Of a stretch of 64,000 bases of DNA, positions 1 through 11,208 are shown piece after piece. Positions within the stretch are counted from its first letter, which is position 1; each line of letters begins with the position of its first letter. The stretch is from an uncultured Nitrososphaeraceae archaeon (GTDB lineage: Archaea > Thermoproteota > Nitrososphaeria > Nitrososphaerales > Nitrososphaeraceae): the NCBI GenBank assembly GCA_963779615.1, contig CAVZZA010000003.1, positions 480,001-544,000 on the forward strand, in the 5' to 3' direction. The notes under the pieces were generated by a model, which was given only the letters and a program-made list of their open reading frames with translations, was not told the origin of the DNA and ran no database searches. A program made the translations under genes and the position numbers.

Positions 1-269
1 TATCCGATACAAAAACAATATTCAATAACCCTTTACACCCTTACACCCAAGCACTAATAAAATCAATTCCAAGCATTAAATCGACAAAAAAAACCATTCA
101 GTTCATTAGAGGAGATCAGCCTAATTTATTAAACATAAAACAAGGGTGCAGATTCAAGGACAGGTGTCCACAGGCACTTGATATTTGCGAAAATGACCCT
201 CCCGATATAACCATAGAGGGAAACCAGGTAAAATGTTGGCTTTATGACGACAAAACTAAAAACAAATAA
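1..269 (+). CDS. C-terminal part of oligopeptide/dipeptide ABC transporter ATP-binding subunit (OppD/OppF-like), truncated by window edge
   Basis: Frame from base 3 reads SDTKTIFNNPLHPYTQALIKSIP...GCRFKDRCP...C...VKCWLY to TAA at 267-269, showing the HPYT motif and Cys-rich tail of this family. Confidence 0.85.
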   Translation, partial: SDTKTIFNNPLHPYTQALIKSIPSIKSTKKTIQFIRGDQPNLLNIKQGCRFKDRCPQALDICENDPPDITIEGNQVKCWLYDDKTKNK

Positions 270-343
270 ATATAAAATGATAAATTTTAACGAAACTGCA
301 CATATTAGATTTATATCTTAAATTGCATAAATAGAAAACAGTA

Positions 344-1588
344 ATGCAAGCGCTGTTGGATGTTCATAAAATAAGACAAGATTTTCCTATTTTAAAAAGA
401 ATTTTAAAAAATGGAAAGAAGTTGGTATACCTAGACAATGCTGCAACCACCCAGAAACCCATACAAGTTATAAATGCAATTTGTAAATATTATTCAGAAT
501 ACAATTCAAATATTCACAGGGCTGTTTACCAAATAGCTGAGGAGGCCACTGGAGAATATGAAAAAACAAGAGACAACATTCGCAAGTTCATAAATGCGAG
601 ATACCCTGAAGAGATTGTTTTTACACGGAACACCACAGAATCCATCAACCTGATTGCGCATTCTTGGGGTAAAAACAACATCAGGAAGGGAAATAAAGTA
701 ATTTTAACAGATTATGAACACCATAGCAACATAGTTCCATGGCAAATGTTGTGTAATGCAAAAGGAGCAAAAATAAATTACACAGATACCGATGATAACG
801 GATATTTAAATTTAGAATCATTTTCAAATCATATAAAGGCTGGGGGGAAAACCAAACTCATCTCCCTTAGTCACATGTCAAATGTCCTGGGGACAATTTA
901 TCCCGTTAAAGAGATTATAAAAATAGCTCATGAAAAAAGCATTCCCGTTGTTTTAGATGGGGCTCAATCGGTTCCACACATGGAAACTGATGTTCAAGAT
1001 ACAGATTGTGATTTTTTGGCATTTTCAGCTCATAAAATGTTAGGCCCCACAGGAGTTGGAGTTCTCTATGTAAAAAAAGAGATACTAGAATCCATGCCTC
1101 CTTTTATTACAGGGGGAGACATGATAAAAGAGGTTCATAAAAACAATACTGTTTTTAATGATTTACCATACAGATTTGAAGCCGGTACGCCTAATGTTGC
1201 AGATGTGATAGGATTCAACGCCTCCCTAGAGTACCTAAATGGAATAGGGATGAAAAACATAAGAGAGCATGAAACAGATCTTATAAAATACCTTTACAAC
1301 AATATCAAAGATATAAAAAATATCAAAATCTATGGGCCTGAAAATATCAAAGATAGAGGGGGATTAATATCATTTAATATTGATGGTGTTCATCCTCATG
1401 ACTGTGCCACAATTTTAGATGATTTCGGGATAGCCATTAGGTCTGGGCATCATTGTGCACAAGTTTTGATGGAAAAATTAGACATTGTTGCATCCTCAAG
1501 GGCCAGTATATACATTTACAACACAAAGGAAGAAGTTGATATATTTGTAGATGCTTTAAATCATGTTAGGAGAATACTCAAGGTATGA
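344..1588 (+). CDS. sufS: cysteine desulfurase, SufS family
   Basis: YLDNAATTQKP, EHHSN, PLP-lysine motif SAHKMLGPTGVG, and RSGHHCAQ catalytic Cys motif of group II desulfurases. Confidence 0.95.
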   Translation: MQALLDVHKIRQDFPILKRILKNGKKLVYLDNAATTQKPIQVINAICKYYSEYNSNIHRAVYQIAEEATGEYEKTRDNIRKFINARYPEEIVFTRNTTESINLIAHSWGKNNIRKGNKVILTDYEHHSNIVPWQMLCNAKGAKINYTDTDDNGYLNLESFSNHIKAGGKTKLISLSHMSNVLGTIYPVKEIIKIAHEKSIPVVLDGAQSVPHMETDVQDTDCDFLAFSAHKMLGPTGVGVLYVKKEILESMPPFITGGDMIKEVHKNNTVFNDLPYRFEAGTPNVADVIGFNASLEYLNGIGMKNIREHETDLIKYLYNNIKDIKNIKIYGPENIKDRGGLISFNIDGVHPHDCATILDDFGIAIRSGHHCAQVLMEKLDIVASSRASIYIYNTKEEVDIFVDALNHVRRILKV

Positions 1589-2013
1589 GCGAGGACATTT
1601 ATAGAGAAATGATATTAGATCATTACAGAAATCCAAGAAATAAGGGCAAGATAGAAGAACCTGATGTTCGAATACATGACAGCAACCCCTTATGCGGCGA
1701 TGAGATTTCCATTGATCTAAAGGTTGAGGGAGATACTATCAAAGATATCAAGTTCGACGGAAGGGGTTGTGCAATAAGTCAAGCCAGTGCTTCGATGCTT
1801 ACCGAGATGGTGTCAAACAAGCCTTTGACAACAATAAAGGACATTACAAAAAACGATATTCTTGAGAATATTGGTTTAACCAATTTGGGACCGGCAAGAA
1901 TAAAATGCGCGTTATTATCTTTAAAGGTATTGAAGCTCGGGATGATTAAGTACTATACTGACAAGGATCCCCACTCTGCCGAAAAACTAAAAGAAGAATC
2001 CAAGGTTTTATAA
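1585..2013 (+). CDS. sufU: SufU/IscU-like Fe-S scaffold or sulfur acceptor
   Basis: ILDHYRNPRN, NPLCGD, GCAISQASAS and RIKCA motifs; start overlaps the sufS stop (ATGA). Confidence 0.9.
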   Translation: MSEDIYREMILDHYRNPRNKGKIEEPDVRIHDSNPLCGDEISIDLKVEGDTIKDIKFDGRGCAISQASASMLTEMVSNKPLTTIKDITKNDILENIGLTNLGPARIKCALLSLKVLKLGMIKYYTDKDPHSAEKLKEESKVL

Positions 2014-2068
2014 AAAAATTAACAGTCAAAACCGATTTTCAATCAGGAAAAAAACATACTAACAAACT

Positions 2069-2770
2069 ATGAGTCAAAAAAGCAATACAGATATTAAACA
2101 TAATCCATTTTGGAATGTAAAATACGCACATATTTTAATATTTTTTTTATGTTTTTTGACAATTACACAGCTAGCCGTCACCGGCCTGATTAAAAACATT
2201 GATGTCCCTATCTCAAAGTATTTTGAAAACATAATAAGAAATGGACAAAGCGATTTACTAATTATCGTTATAACAACTGTTTCAGACACAATAAATCTGA
2301 TAATTGTAGGATTTGTTTTAACAATAATTAAGAAAACAAGACGCTTTGGCATGATAATGCTAATTTCACTAGTTGCAAGTACTATACTAGTAACATATGT
2401 CAAACCCCTTATCGCAATAAACCAACCACCATATACTTTTAAACCCATTGTCAGCCTTCCGGAGAAATTTAGTTTAGAAAAAGACAGTTTTATGCCCTTT
2501 GCTCAAAACTATTCATACCCATCCAATCACTTGGTGTCTACAACCGCATTTAGTTTTATTATTGGGGGATTGGTTTACTATAGAGCACCTTATCTTGCCA
2601 AAGGTTTTGTGATATTTTTTCCCACCATAATAGGAATTACAAAACTATACCTTTTACAACAATATTTTTCAGATTTAATTGGTGGGTGCATTTTGGGACT
2701 GATAATATCATGCCTAATACTAAAATTATTAAAAATAGAGTCAAAAGTACAAAAGGAAGACATCAAATAA
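2069..2770 (+). CDS. PAP2-family membrane phosphatase
   Basis: Several hydrophobic helices and an SYPSNH motif. The third motif is degenerate (TKLYLLQQYFSDLIGG, lacking the usual Arg and His). Confidence 0.7.
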   Translation: MSQKSNTDIKHNPFWNVKYAHILIFFLCFLTITQLAVTGLIKNIDVPISKYFENIIRNGQSDLLIIVITTVSDTINLIIVGFVLTIIKKTRRFGMIMLISLVASTILVTYVKPLIAINQPPYTFKPIVSLPEKFSLEKDSFMPFAQNYSYPSNHLVSTTAFSFIIGGLVYYRAPYLAKGFVIFFPTIIGITKLYLLQQYFSDLIGGCILGLIISCLILKLLKIESKVQKEDIK

Positions 2771-2828
2771 TAATAAGAAAACATATTTGAAAAACAGAAC
2801 TAACAGACGCTGAAGATAGAGAGTAAAT

Positions 2829-3337
2829 GGCTCTGTTAACTTAAGGAAAATCCTATAGCTGAAGATACTCCATCTCTTTTTGTCATGCCTATTAAAAGAA
2901 ACAGAACACCCCTCTTCAAAATACATTGGCTATGGATTGTATTTGTACTTTCTGGGTTTATCCTAAAGGGACACAACCAAAGCATTGTCCCGGTTTGCCA
3001 GGAGAAGTCATGTCCAATGAGGGAAACATGCTGATTGGAGAACAGTTTATCCTGTCATCGATAAACAAATGTGGAAAGCACCCTGTCTCCACAGGCGGAG
3101 GAGGAACGCGGTATCCTCAAGTATGCAGATTCCTGATTCCACACCATCAAGCCCATTCTTCACATGGAAAAAGTCTGATGGAAAGATCCATCCAGCATAT
3201 CAAAGACAGAATTGAAAGTTTCGATGATTATTTTCTTTGCGGGTTGAAAAAATTTTAAACTAAAGCATGTACAGCAATGGTCGAATATGTCCATTGACCA
3301 GCATAAAGGACAATTGATGGCTCAAGTTAACAATTTC
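2829..3337 (+). mobile_element. decayed, internally deleted IS6-family element
   Basis: Left end GGCTCTGTTAACTTAAGGAAAATCCTATAGCT nearly matches the end of the IS6 at 48782-49457. ORF 2926-3258 carries GKHPVST..YPQ..KSLMERSIQHIKDRIESFDDYF. Degenerate right IR AAGTTAACA near 3324. Confidence 0.8.
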
Positions 3338-3391
3338 GAGGAAAGGCGAGAAAAGGTCAAACACACAAATTGAAACTGATTGAAAAAGGAA

Positions 3392-3733
3392 TCAAACCAA
3401 AGTTTCATAAACCGATGGATCGATCAACAACCAACCAAAATGATCATCATCATGTATATATCGAAACTCACGAATATGAGGCTTTAATTTTAACTTCTTT
3501 ATTCCGATTAAAAAATCATTTTGAATCTGGAATCCTAATTTTTTGGTGTTGTTGTTTACCGTTTGCGAGTCTTTTGAACGTGGTAACAGAATTCTAAAAC
3601 TAAAATTATGATCTGAATAGGATTTCGAATAAACTTTTACCATATTTTCAACCAAAATGGGAATACCTTCAAAATCATAAATTTTTTCAGTGCCCTTTGC
3701 TTTAAATGATATAATATCTTTGACATTTACCAA
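3392..3733 (-). CDS. hypothetical protein (start uncertain)
   Basis: 113-aa ORF with plausible globular composition and no recognised motif. Confidence 0.5.
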   Translation of the reverse strand: MVNVKDIISFKAKGTEKIYDFEGIPILVENMVKVYSKSYSDHNFSFRILLPRSKDSQTVNNNTKKLGFQIQNDFLIGIKKLKLKPHIREFRYIHDDDHFGWLLIDPSVYETLV

Positions 3734-3962
3734 GTAGATAAAAAATGATATTTGGCATCTATTAATATAGATTTATTGTTATTTCCTGACAACAAAAACC
3801 TAGATATTTTTTTCTTGGTTTAAACTTACATTCATATGAATGCGTCCTCATCCACCACAACATTTTTTAAATAAAGTTAAAATTCAAATAAAATTAAACT
3901 AAATAAAACAACTCGCAGAACTTTTCATAGCGTTTGCATTTGTAACCACAGACAAAAAGATT

Positions 3963-4121
3963 TTATTCTTTTTTAGTCGCCGCGCTTTTAGACTTGAATT
4001 TAGTTTTTAGTTTATTTAGGCTTGTTGATAATTCCTTTATTTTGGTTTCAATTTTTTTTATTTCGTTCATAGCTGAATTATCTTTTTTATCTTCGGGTTT
4101 TTCCGGTTTTTTTGAGCTCAT
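3963..4121 (-). CDS. small Lys-rich, coiled-coil-like protein (52 aa, below the ORF track cut-off)
   Basis: ATG at 4121 reads MSSKKPEKPEDKKDNSAMNEIKKIETKIKELSTSLNKLKTKFKSKSAATKKE to TAA, with an AT-rich TATA-like segment just upstream. Confidence 0.45.
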   Translation of the reverse strand: MSSKKPEKPEDKKDNSAMNEIKKIETKIKELSTSLNKLKTKFKSKSAATKKE

Positions 4122-4478
4122 GTTAGGTATTTATCAATAACTATTAAATACAATATGTTTCTTACTATAATAATATAGTATCATTTCAAATCTCTTTAAA
4201 AAAATTATCCTTTATTCAGACTAAAATAACAAACATAAACATTTTAATTAATTTTTTAAACTACTATACACCCCAACATTTTAGCATAAACAAAAAAAAA
4301 CAAAACAAATATTTAAAATGACAATCATAATGCAAACAAAACTCCCCTTTGAAAACACCCTACAAGTTTATAAGCTGACATGAATTAATATTTACAAAAT
4401 AAATATCATTTGTTTCTTTATTTTTATGGATTTTAACAACAATAAAAAGCAATCACAATAATGTAACCCATATTAATG

Positions 4479-4493
4479 AAAACTTAAATAGAT
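4479..4493 (+). promoter_or_regulatory. putative BRE/TATA promoter of gdhA
   Basis: Purine run followed by CTTAAATA about 25 nt upstream of the ATG at 4514, matching archaeal leaderless-promoter spacing. Confidence 0.35.
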
Positions 4494-4513
4494 AAAAATT
4501 TTTTAGGTTTGTA

Positions 4514-5788
4514 ATGTCAAATTCCGGAAATGGCAATAATTTAACTTACGACGCATATAAAATGGCACTAAAACAACTAGAAGAAGTTGCAAAACTGATA
4601 AATCTTGATCAGGGCATTCACAAGATTCTTGCAAAACCAAAGCGGGTACTAACTGTGTCTCTGCCGGTAAAAATGGATAATGAAAAAATAGAAGTGTTTA
4701 CAGGGTTTAGGTCCCAACACAATGACGCACGAGGTCCCTACAAGGGAGGGATAAGGTACCATCCCCAGGTTTCAATTGAGGAGGTGATGGCCCTCTCCAT
4801 GTGGATGACGTGGAAATGCGCTATTGTAGATATTCCCCTTGGCGGAGGAAAAGGAGGCATAATTTGTAATCCAAAAGAAATGTCTGAAGGGGAACTTGAG
4901 CGGTTAACAAGAAGGTATGCATATGCGATTTCAGACATTATAGGCCCCTATAAAGACATTCCAGCCCCAGATGTCTACACAAGAGGTGAGGAAATGGCAT
5001 GGATAATGGACACCTATTCCACTCTGAAAGGAAACTATTTGCAGCCCGAAATCATTACAGGTAAACCAGTCTCTATAGGAGGATCGCTAGGAAGAAATGA
5101 AGCAACTGGGAGAGGGGTAGGTTTTACGGTCAGAGAAGCATCTAAAAAACTAAACATCCAAATGAATGAAGCAACAGTAGTGGTCCAGGGATTTGGCAAT
5201 GCAGGTCAATTTGCTGCCCAACTAGTAGAGGAACAGGGCGCCAAGATAATAGCAGTATCAGACACAAAAGGCGCCATACTAAATAAAAATGGTTTTTCTG
5301 CAAATGAATTAATCAAGTATAAAAATGAAAATAAAACAGTAAAAGGATTTCCAGGTTCGGCAGAAATAACCAATGAAGAATTGCTCACAACTGGATGCAC
5401 TCTATTGATCCCAGCCGCACTAGAAAATCAAATTACAAAAGACAATGCTTCAAAAATAAACACCAAAATAATCGCAGAAGCTGCTAACGGACCCACAACT
5501 CCAGAAGCCGATGACATTCTCCACCAAAACAAAATTCTGGTAATTCCGGATGTCCTTGCAAATAGTGGAGGTGTAATAGTATCGTATTTTGAATGGTTAC
5601 AGAATTTGCGAAGGGAGTATTGGACAGAGGGGTATGTAAATGAGAGACTAGATGGCATACTGACAAAAGCATTTGGCGAAGTTTACAATGCACATTTACA
5701 ATATAACACCAACATGAGAACAGCCAGCAATGCATTGGCAGTTAAGAGAGTAGCGGAAGCTGTACAAATCAGAGGAATTTGGCCGTAA
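4514..5788 (+). CDS. gdhA: glutamate dehydrogenase (Glu/Leu/Phe/Val dehydrogenase family)
   Basis: GPYKGGIRYHP, GGGKGG, DIPAPDV, VQGFGNAG and EAANGP motifs. Confidence 0.95.
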   Translation: MSNSGNGNNLTYDAYKMALKQLEEVAKLINLDQGIHKILAKPKRVLTVSLPVKMDNEKIEVFTGFRSQHNDARGPYKGGIRYHPQVSIEEVMALSMWMTWKCAIVDIPLGGGKGGIICNPKEMSEGELERLTRRYAYAISDIIGPYKDIPAPDVYTRGEEMAWIMDTYSTLKGNYLQPEIITGKPVSIGGSLGRNEATGRGVGFTVREASKKLNIQMNEATVVVQGFGNAGQFAAQLVEEQGAKIIAVSDTKGAILNKNGFSANELIKYKNENKTVKGFPGSAEITNEELLTTGCTLLIPAALENQITKDNASKINTKIIAEAANGPTTPEADDILHQNKILVIPDVLANSGGVIVSYFEWLQNLRREYWTEGYVNERLDGILTKAFGEVYNAHLQYNTNMRTASNALAVKRVAEAVQIRGIWP

Positions 5789-5898
5789 ATAGAAAACTAA
5801 CCCCCACATACCTTTCTTGTGAATGCATGATTATGATATTTGACAATAAGTGTAAAAAAAATTGGGAGTTAAAATGAAACCTTGTTTGTTTTAAAAAA

Positions 5899-6250
5899 TT
5901 ATTCTGTGGAGAACGAATGTCCACATGAGCAGCTTTTTGTTACATTTGGATTAGATATCTTAAATCCTGAACCCATTAAACTTTCGATATAATCAACATT
6001 AGCCCCTTTTAGGTACTTTTGACTATAATTATCTACTAAAATTTTAACACCGTTTTGTTCCAAAACGACATCATCTTCATCTGGATTTTCTTCAAAACCC
6101 ATTCCATAAGAGAGTCCAGAGCATCCTCCCCCTGTAACATATACTCTCAAAAAGAGACTGTCTTTACCTTCCTGTTTCATAAATTCAATAACTTTTTCGG
6201 CAGCTTTTGATGTCACATCGACGACTTGAGATTGTTGAGCACTTTCCATG
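5899..6250 (-). CDS. erpA: A-type Fe-S carrier (ErpA/IscA/HesB)
   Basis: GGGCSGLSY and CSCGHSF motifs; likely start MESAQQ at 6250 (ORF track begins at 6291). Confidence 0.9.
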
Positions 6251-6317
6251 ACATAATACAATAGGTAAACAAGTCTATTAAGTTTTTCCAAAGGGAGTTC
6301 AAATAAAAGAAAATAGA

Positions 6318-8435
6318 TTATTTTTTAGACAAATGAGACCATCTTGCCAAGGAACCTGCTGCTGTTGCCCACGTGTTGACAGATTGATAAACAGGAACTT
6401 TATTTTCTTCTAATCTAGTAGCCATTTTTTGCGTAAATGGACCGCCCAATGCACCTACCAATATGGGCTTTCTCCTTTGTTTGTTAAAATCGGATAGAAT
6501 TTCTACTATGGTTTCTTCCAAAGGGTCATCCTGGAATACAAACCACGGCATTATAATGTCAACATTAGGATCGTCCATAAAGGTCTGAATTGCGAATTTA
6601 TAATCAGCAGCATTTGCGGATCCTGTGACATCACAAGGATTGCCAATGACATAGGTAGGCGGATAGTGAGACTTGAAAGTAGATATGCTTTGTTCACTTA
6701 GGTTTGCCACTTCGAGTCCAAGTTTTTCAAACTGATCTATAGCAGCAATTATGGGTCCAGCTCCATTTGTTACCATCGCTACCTTATTTCCGTTAGGAAT
6801 AGGTTGCCATGAAAAAGATTTTAACGAGGCAGTTAGTTCATCGTAACTGTCTACGGATATAATTCCGCTTTGAGAAAAAGCTCCTTTAACAACGGTAAAT
6901 GTTCCACCCAATGAACCAGTATGAGAGGCAGCTTGTTTTGCGCCTCTGATAGTTCTCCCATTTTTAAAGACAATAATGGGTTTTTTTCTTTCATTGATTA
7001 CTTTTTTAGCAGTATTAACAAATTTTCTACCATCCCCAAGCCCTTCTACATAAAGACCAATAACTTTTGTTTGGGGGTCCTCCGACAAATACCATATCAT
7101 ATCCGCCTCATCAACATCGGATCGGTTACCATAAGATATCATTTTACTCATACCAAAAGGCGATGAATGCTCCATAAAGGCAATACCAATAGTGCCGCTC
7201 TGAGAAAGAAATGCCACATTTCCATTCTTGGGCCGCAGCATTCTTTCATGACCTTGGAATGCACAATCTAGCCTATTTTCGCCGTTAAACATACCAATAC
7301 AATTAGGTCCGATGATACGTATATCCAACTTGGCAGACAAATCTTTGACTTGCTGCTCTATTTCTGCCCTTTCCCCACCTAATTCTTTGCCCCCACCTGA
7401 GATTATAACCACATTATGAATTCCCTTTTGTCCACATGTTTTCAATAAATTTGGAACAAACTTGAGATCCACTGTAACAACTACCACGTCAACTGGCTCG
7501 GATATTTCATCCAGGCTTTTATATGCTTTTATTCCCATTATTTCTGGGTACCCTTTGGCATTTACAGGAAAAACTTTTCCTTTATAGTCATGTTTAACCA
7601 ATGCCTCCAACACAGAGTTACCAACTTTACCTACCTCTGGTGAAGCACCTATCAGTGCCACAGATTTAGCATTGAAGAATAAATCCATGTATTTTGAATT
7701 TGGCTGTGCAACAGATACAATATCATATTTTGGACGGTCGGTCAACAAGATTTTTGCATCGGCAACGTAATAACTATCAGGATATACAATAATAGGATTA
7801 AAGTCAATGCTTTCGTAAAAAGATGAAATATCAAACCCCAAATTTCCTATATTAACTAGGGCATCACACAACATATCCAAATTTATAGGTTGAGAACCCC
7901 TATAACCTTTCAGCAGTTTTTTACCTTGGAGTTCCTCTATCATTTCCAAGGCATCAATTTTTGTGATTGGGAGAACTCTAAAAGATACGTCTTTGAAAAG
8001 TTCTGTAAAAATGCCTCCAAGCCCCACCATAATAACTGGTCCAAATTGAGGATCATTTTGCAAACCCACGATAATTTCAACTCCTTTGGGGACCATTTTT
8101 TCCAGCAAAACACCTTTTACATCGTATTTTTTAGACAACCTTCCATACATATCATTAAATGCAGATTTAACATCATCCTCATTTTTAAGATCTATTTTAA
8201 CACCCCCTACATCGGTTTTATGCAGAATTTGTGGAGATACAATTTTAGCAACAAGAGGATAACCAATTGAATTAGCTTCTTTTACAGCTGTTTCGACGTC
8301 TTTGACTAAAGCAAACTGGGGCACTTTGATATTATACGCAGTAAGAATATTTTTTGCAACCTCCTCTGTGATTACTTTTGTTTGGGTTTTAAAGGCATCT
8401 TCAAATATTGATTGTACATTTTTTTGATATGTCAA
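6318..8435 (-). CDS. ADP-forming acyl-CoA synthetase, most likely 3-hydroxypropionyl-CoA synthetase of the thaumarchaeal 3HP/4HB cycle
   Basis: 705 aa with N-terminal ATP-grasp ([20 protein letters not shown]) followed by CoA-binding and ligase domains (IGAS, GPNCIG, SQSG, ASHTGSL). Domain order and N-terminus recall Nitrosopumilus Nmar_1309. Confidence 0.85.
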   Translation of the reverse strand: MTYQKNVQSIFEDAFKTQTKVITEEVAKNILTAYNIKVPQFALVKDVETAVKEANSIGYPLVAKIVSPQILHKTDVGGVKIDLKNEDDVKSAFNDMYGRLSKKYDVKGVLLEKMVPKGVEIIVGLQNDPQFGPVIMVGLGGIFTELFKDVSFRVLPITKIDALEMIEELQGKKLLKGYRGSQPINLDMLCDALVNIGNLGFDISSFYESIDFNPIIVYPDSYYVADAKILLTDRPKYDIVSVAQPNSKYMDLFFNAKSVALIGASPEVGKVGNSVLEALVKHDYKGKVFPVNAKGYPEIMGIKAYKSLDEISEPVDVVVVTVDLKFVPNLLKTCGQKGIHNVVIISGGGKELGGERAEIEQQVKDLSAKLDIRIIGPNCIGMFNGENRLDCAFQGHERMLRPKNGNVAFLSQSGTIGIAFMEHSSPFGMSKMISYGNRSDVDEADMIWYLSEDPQTKVIGLYVEGLGDGRKFVNTAKKVINERKKPIIVFKNGRTIRGAKQAASHTGSLGGTFTVVKGAFSQSGIISVDSYDELTASLKSFSWQPIPNGNKVAMVTNGAGPIIAAIDQFEKLGLEVANLSEQSISTFKSHYPPTYVIGNPCDVTGSANAADYKFAIQTFMDDPNVDIIMPWFVFQDDPLEETIVEILSDFNKQRRKPILVGALGGPFTQKMATRLEENKVPVYQSVNTWATAAGSLARWSHLSKK

Positions 8436-8587
8436 TAAAATCTGTTTGTGCGATAGGATTTAAAAATTTTCCCTAGTTTTCTCCTATATAAGTATTGATT
8501 GAGCATTAATGATTTTTTGTATGTTTAAGGTAAATAGAAGTATACTCACCGTATAATCACACACATACTACACCCTTTAAAAATTGC

Positions 8588-9304
8588 TCATTTGTAGGCA
8601 ACAACAACAATTGCCCCACCTAGGAATTTCTTCTTAAAATCAATTTTAGAAAAACTTTTTGATAACAAGTTGTATAATTCATTATTTTTTGGCCATCGCA
8701 AAAAGGTGCCGTAAAGCGTTCTGAATGGAATCCCTTGTTTTCCAGCAACCGAAAAAGCAAGTATTGCCAGGAAATATTTTAGATACATTGAAACTAAAAT
8801 TCTTAATATGACATTATCTGGTTTTCCCAAATCCACGATTACCAATCTACCATCTTTCTTTAAAACCCGATGTAACTCGCCAATTGCAAGATCAAGATCT
8901 ATAGCATCTCTCAGTGAATAACCACATAAAACAGCATCGAATGTATTACTTTTAAAAGGAATATTTTCAAAAATTCCACTGCATAAATAGAATCTAAATG
9001 GTTGTGTATGTATATTGACATCATCTTTGACCTTGTGCAACATTTCATAAATAGGATCATAAAAAAAAATGGTCACATCTCTAGAAACGTTGTCTAACAC
9101 TGTTTTTGACATATTTCCAAATCCCGAGCCAGCGTCAAGAATAACATTACCTGAACGGACACTTTTTACAACACCTTCCTTTCTAAAAGCATCATCTTTT
9201 CCCAATGAAACAACACTGTTTACCTTGTCATATACAGGAATGATATTTCTCAATACATCAATGACTTCCTTCCAGTAAGAGCTTCCCAACCCATTAATCT
9301 TCAA
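8588..9304 (-). CDS. class I SAM-dependent methyltransferase, UbiE/MenG-like
   Basis: YDKVNSVVSLG, ILDAGSGFG, IPFKSNTFDAV and ELHRVLKKDG motifs; likely TTG start at 9304 (ORF track begins at 9442). Confidence 0.8.
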   Translation of the reverse strand: MKINGLGSSYWKEVIDVLRNIIPVYDKVNSVVSLGKDDAFRKEGVVKSVRSGNVILDAGSGFGNMSKTVLDNVSRDVTIFFYDPIYEMLHKVKDDVNIHTQPFRFYLCSGIFENIPFKSNTFDAVLCGYSLRDAIDLDLAIGELHRVLKKDGRLVIVDLGKPDNVILRILVSMYLKYFLAILAFSVAGKQGIPFRTLYGTFLRWPKNNELYNLLSKSFSKIDFKKKFLGGAIVVVAYK

Positions 9305-9388
9305 GACGATTAATTTGTAAAGAAACCCGATATTGAGTTTTTGCGTTAAAGATATAAAAATATAAAAAATAACCAATTCATTAAACAA

Positions 9389-9976
9389 TTGAAAGGAAAA
9401 AATGGAGAAGGAAGTGAAGAAAGACGCATCAATGACATGCATGATTATGGAGAATTAAAGGTAATGATCAAAGGGTTTTTTCTTTTAGATAACAATATAA
9501 AGAAATTGTATGGTTACCTTAAATCTAACCATAAAGATGTCAACGTTGTGATTGTAAATTCCAACATTGTTTTTGGATTGGAGCATATTTTTGGCATCTT
9601 ACGGATTATACACACCGAAATGAAAATTGGAAAAGAAAGGGAAATAAAAAACTTTGAAATTGAATTCTTGTTAAGAATTTGTTATACTGATCAAATTTCA
9701 AACGCCTTTAATATCCTAAATGATAACGAAAACTACGGCTTTATTTGCATTTTATTTTCCAACTGCCTATCAAGCATCGAAAACACATATTTACACTTAA
9801 AAAACTATGGAATTGAAAACAGCAGTCTGATTCAAACCTCAGAGGCTAAAAAATCACACATTATCCAGGTTTTTTTCAAAAATGACCTAAAGGATTTTAA
9901 TAGCCAACTTATAAAGGACGACCAAAAGTTTCAGCAATTTCTCATTGAAAGATCCGCAATATCCGTAAACAAATAA
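9389..9976 (+). CDS. cgi121: KEOPS complex subunit Cgi121-like protein
   Basis: VFGLEHI...EIEFLLRICYTDQISNAF and terminal LIERSA match the Cgi121 pattern; sua5 lies nearby. Confidence 0.7.
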   Translation: MKGKNGEGSEERRINDMHDYGELKVMIKGFFLLDNNIKKLYGYLKSNHKDVNVVIVNSNIVFGLEHIFGILRIIHTEMKIGKEREIKNFEIEFLLRICYTDQISNAFNILNDNENYGFICILFSNCLSSIENTYLHLKNYGIENSSLIQTSEAKKSHIIQVFFKNDLKDFNSQLIKDDQKFQQFLIERSAISVNK

Positions 9977-10020
9977 CATGTTACAGTTAAAATATTAAAA
10001 GAAACGCCTAATTGCAATGA

Positions 10021-10554
10021 TTATTCCAAAGAACGTTTCTCAATCATTGAGCTAAATAAAAAATCAGGTTTAATAACAGAGACTCCGGCATATCTTCCTA
10101 TTATTTCTATCAAAAGTACCCATATTGGGGTAGTCAAATCAACTCTTTTAGATAAAAATGGAGCTATTTCACTAATAATATCAATTTTTTTTAAATTGGT
10201 ATGCCTCTTTTCAATTTGGATTTTAAAAGACTCACCATTTGGTACTTTATTCATCAATTCAATAGAAATATCTTTCAGTTCCGAAAGACTAGCCAAAACA
10301 ACTTTTTCGATAGGGATAAACCTTAACAGATACCTAATATCCCAGGGGGCATCCTTTAATTTTTCTCTCAAAAAGACAATAAAGTCAATGGGATCCTTTG
10401 AACATAGCCCTACAACAAGACCATCTATATTGGTTGTCCTAACAGTGGTGTACGAGTCTCCAAATTCATAAAACAGTTCTTTTAGTTCATCCATAAGATC
10501 ATCTTCCTTGAATCTAAAGGTTGTTGCAACAAAATTAAATTCCAAAATCATCAC
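10021..10554 (-). CDS. THUMP domain RNA-binding protein
   Basis: LRFIPIEKV, SFKIQIEKR and VDLTTPIWVLLIEII are THUMP signatures. Confidence 0.85.
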   Translation of the reverse strand: MMILEFNFVATTFRFKEDDLMDELKELFYEFGDSYTTVRTTNIDGLVVGLCSKDPIDFIVFLREKLKDAPWDIRYLLRFIPIEKVVLASLSELKDISIELMNKVPNGESFKIQIEKRHTNLKKIDIISEIAPFLSKRVDLTTPIWVLLIEIIGRYAGVSVIKPDFLFSSMIEKRSLE

Positions 10555-10569
10555 TTTTCCTTCTTTTTA

Positions 10570-11208
10570 TTAATAAAGTCCTTTTAAAACTGTAAAAATC
10601 CTTTCTTTTGAAATCACTCCTTCTCGCATTATTTTTGGATTGCCGACTTCAACAAGATCTGCGATGGTAGACACTCCATTTATAGAATTATTCAAAACCC
10701 CCCCGTCAACTACTGCATCATAGCCGTGTAGGTTGCTAAATTCAAGTTCTTGAGTATCAACAATAGGACAATGCGAAGATAAATTGGCGCTTGTGCCCAC
10801 CAGGAATTTACACCTTGTCATGTGTATTAAATTAATAGTGCATGTGTTATTAGGAATCCTAATAGCAACAGTTTTATCAAAAGTGTATTTGGGAATCAAA
10901 GAATTTTTTTTTGTTTTTAATATCAATGTTAATTGACCTGGCCAAAACTGTTTAATCAGAGCAGCTGCTTCTTTTGTAATCTCGACAAATGCCGAAGCAT
11001 CTTCTACACCCGTAGTCAAAATAGGCAAGTATTTATCCAAAGGTCGATTCTTAATTTTGTAGAGCCTCAAAACAGAATCATCATTAAAAGGATCACAGCC
11101 TATACCATACACAGTATCTGTAGGGAACACAATGATTGAACCATTATCTATAAGAGAGGCACATTTTTTTAGATCCATGTCATTGTTACAATTAAAATAA
11201 AAAACCAC
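10570..11208 (-). CDS. sua5: L-threonylcarbamoyladenylate synthase (Sua5/TsaC)
   Basis: FPTDTVYGIGC, KNRP, FWPGQLTLI, AIRIP and TSANLS motifs. Confidence 0.92.
   Translation of the reverse strand: MVFYFNCNNDMDLKKCASLIDNGSIIVFPTDTVYGIGCDPFNDDSVLRLYKIKNRPLDKYLPILTTGVEDASAFVEITKEAAALIKQFWPGQLTLILKTKKNSLIPKYTFDKTVAIRIPNNTCTINLIHMTRCKFLVGTSANLSSHCPIVDTQELEFSNLHGYDAVVDGGVLNNSINGVSTIADLVEVGNPKIMREGVISKERIFTVLKGLY

Noticed and set aside
9389-11208. cgi121-THUMP-sua5 cluster as a novel system
   Set aside because: Known tRNA-modification housekeeping families; clustering is expected.
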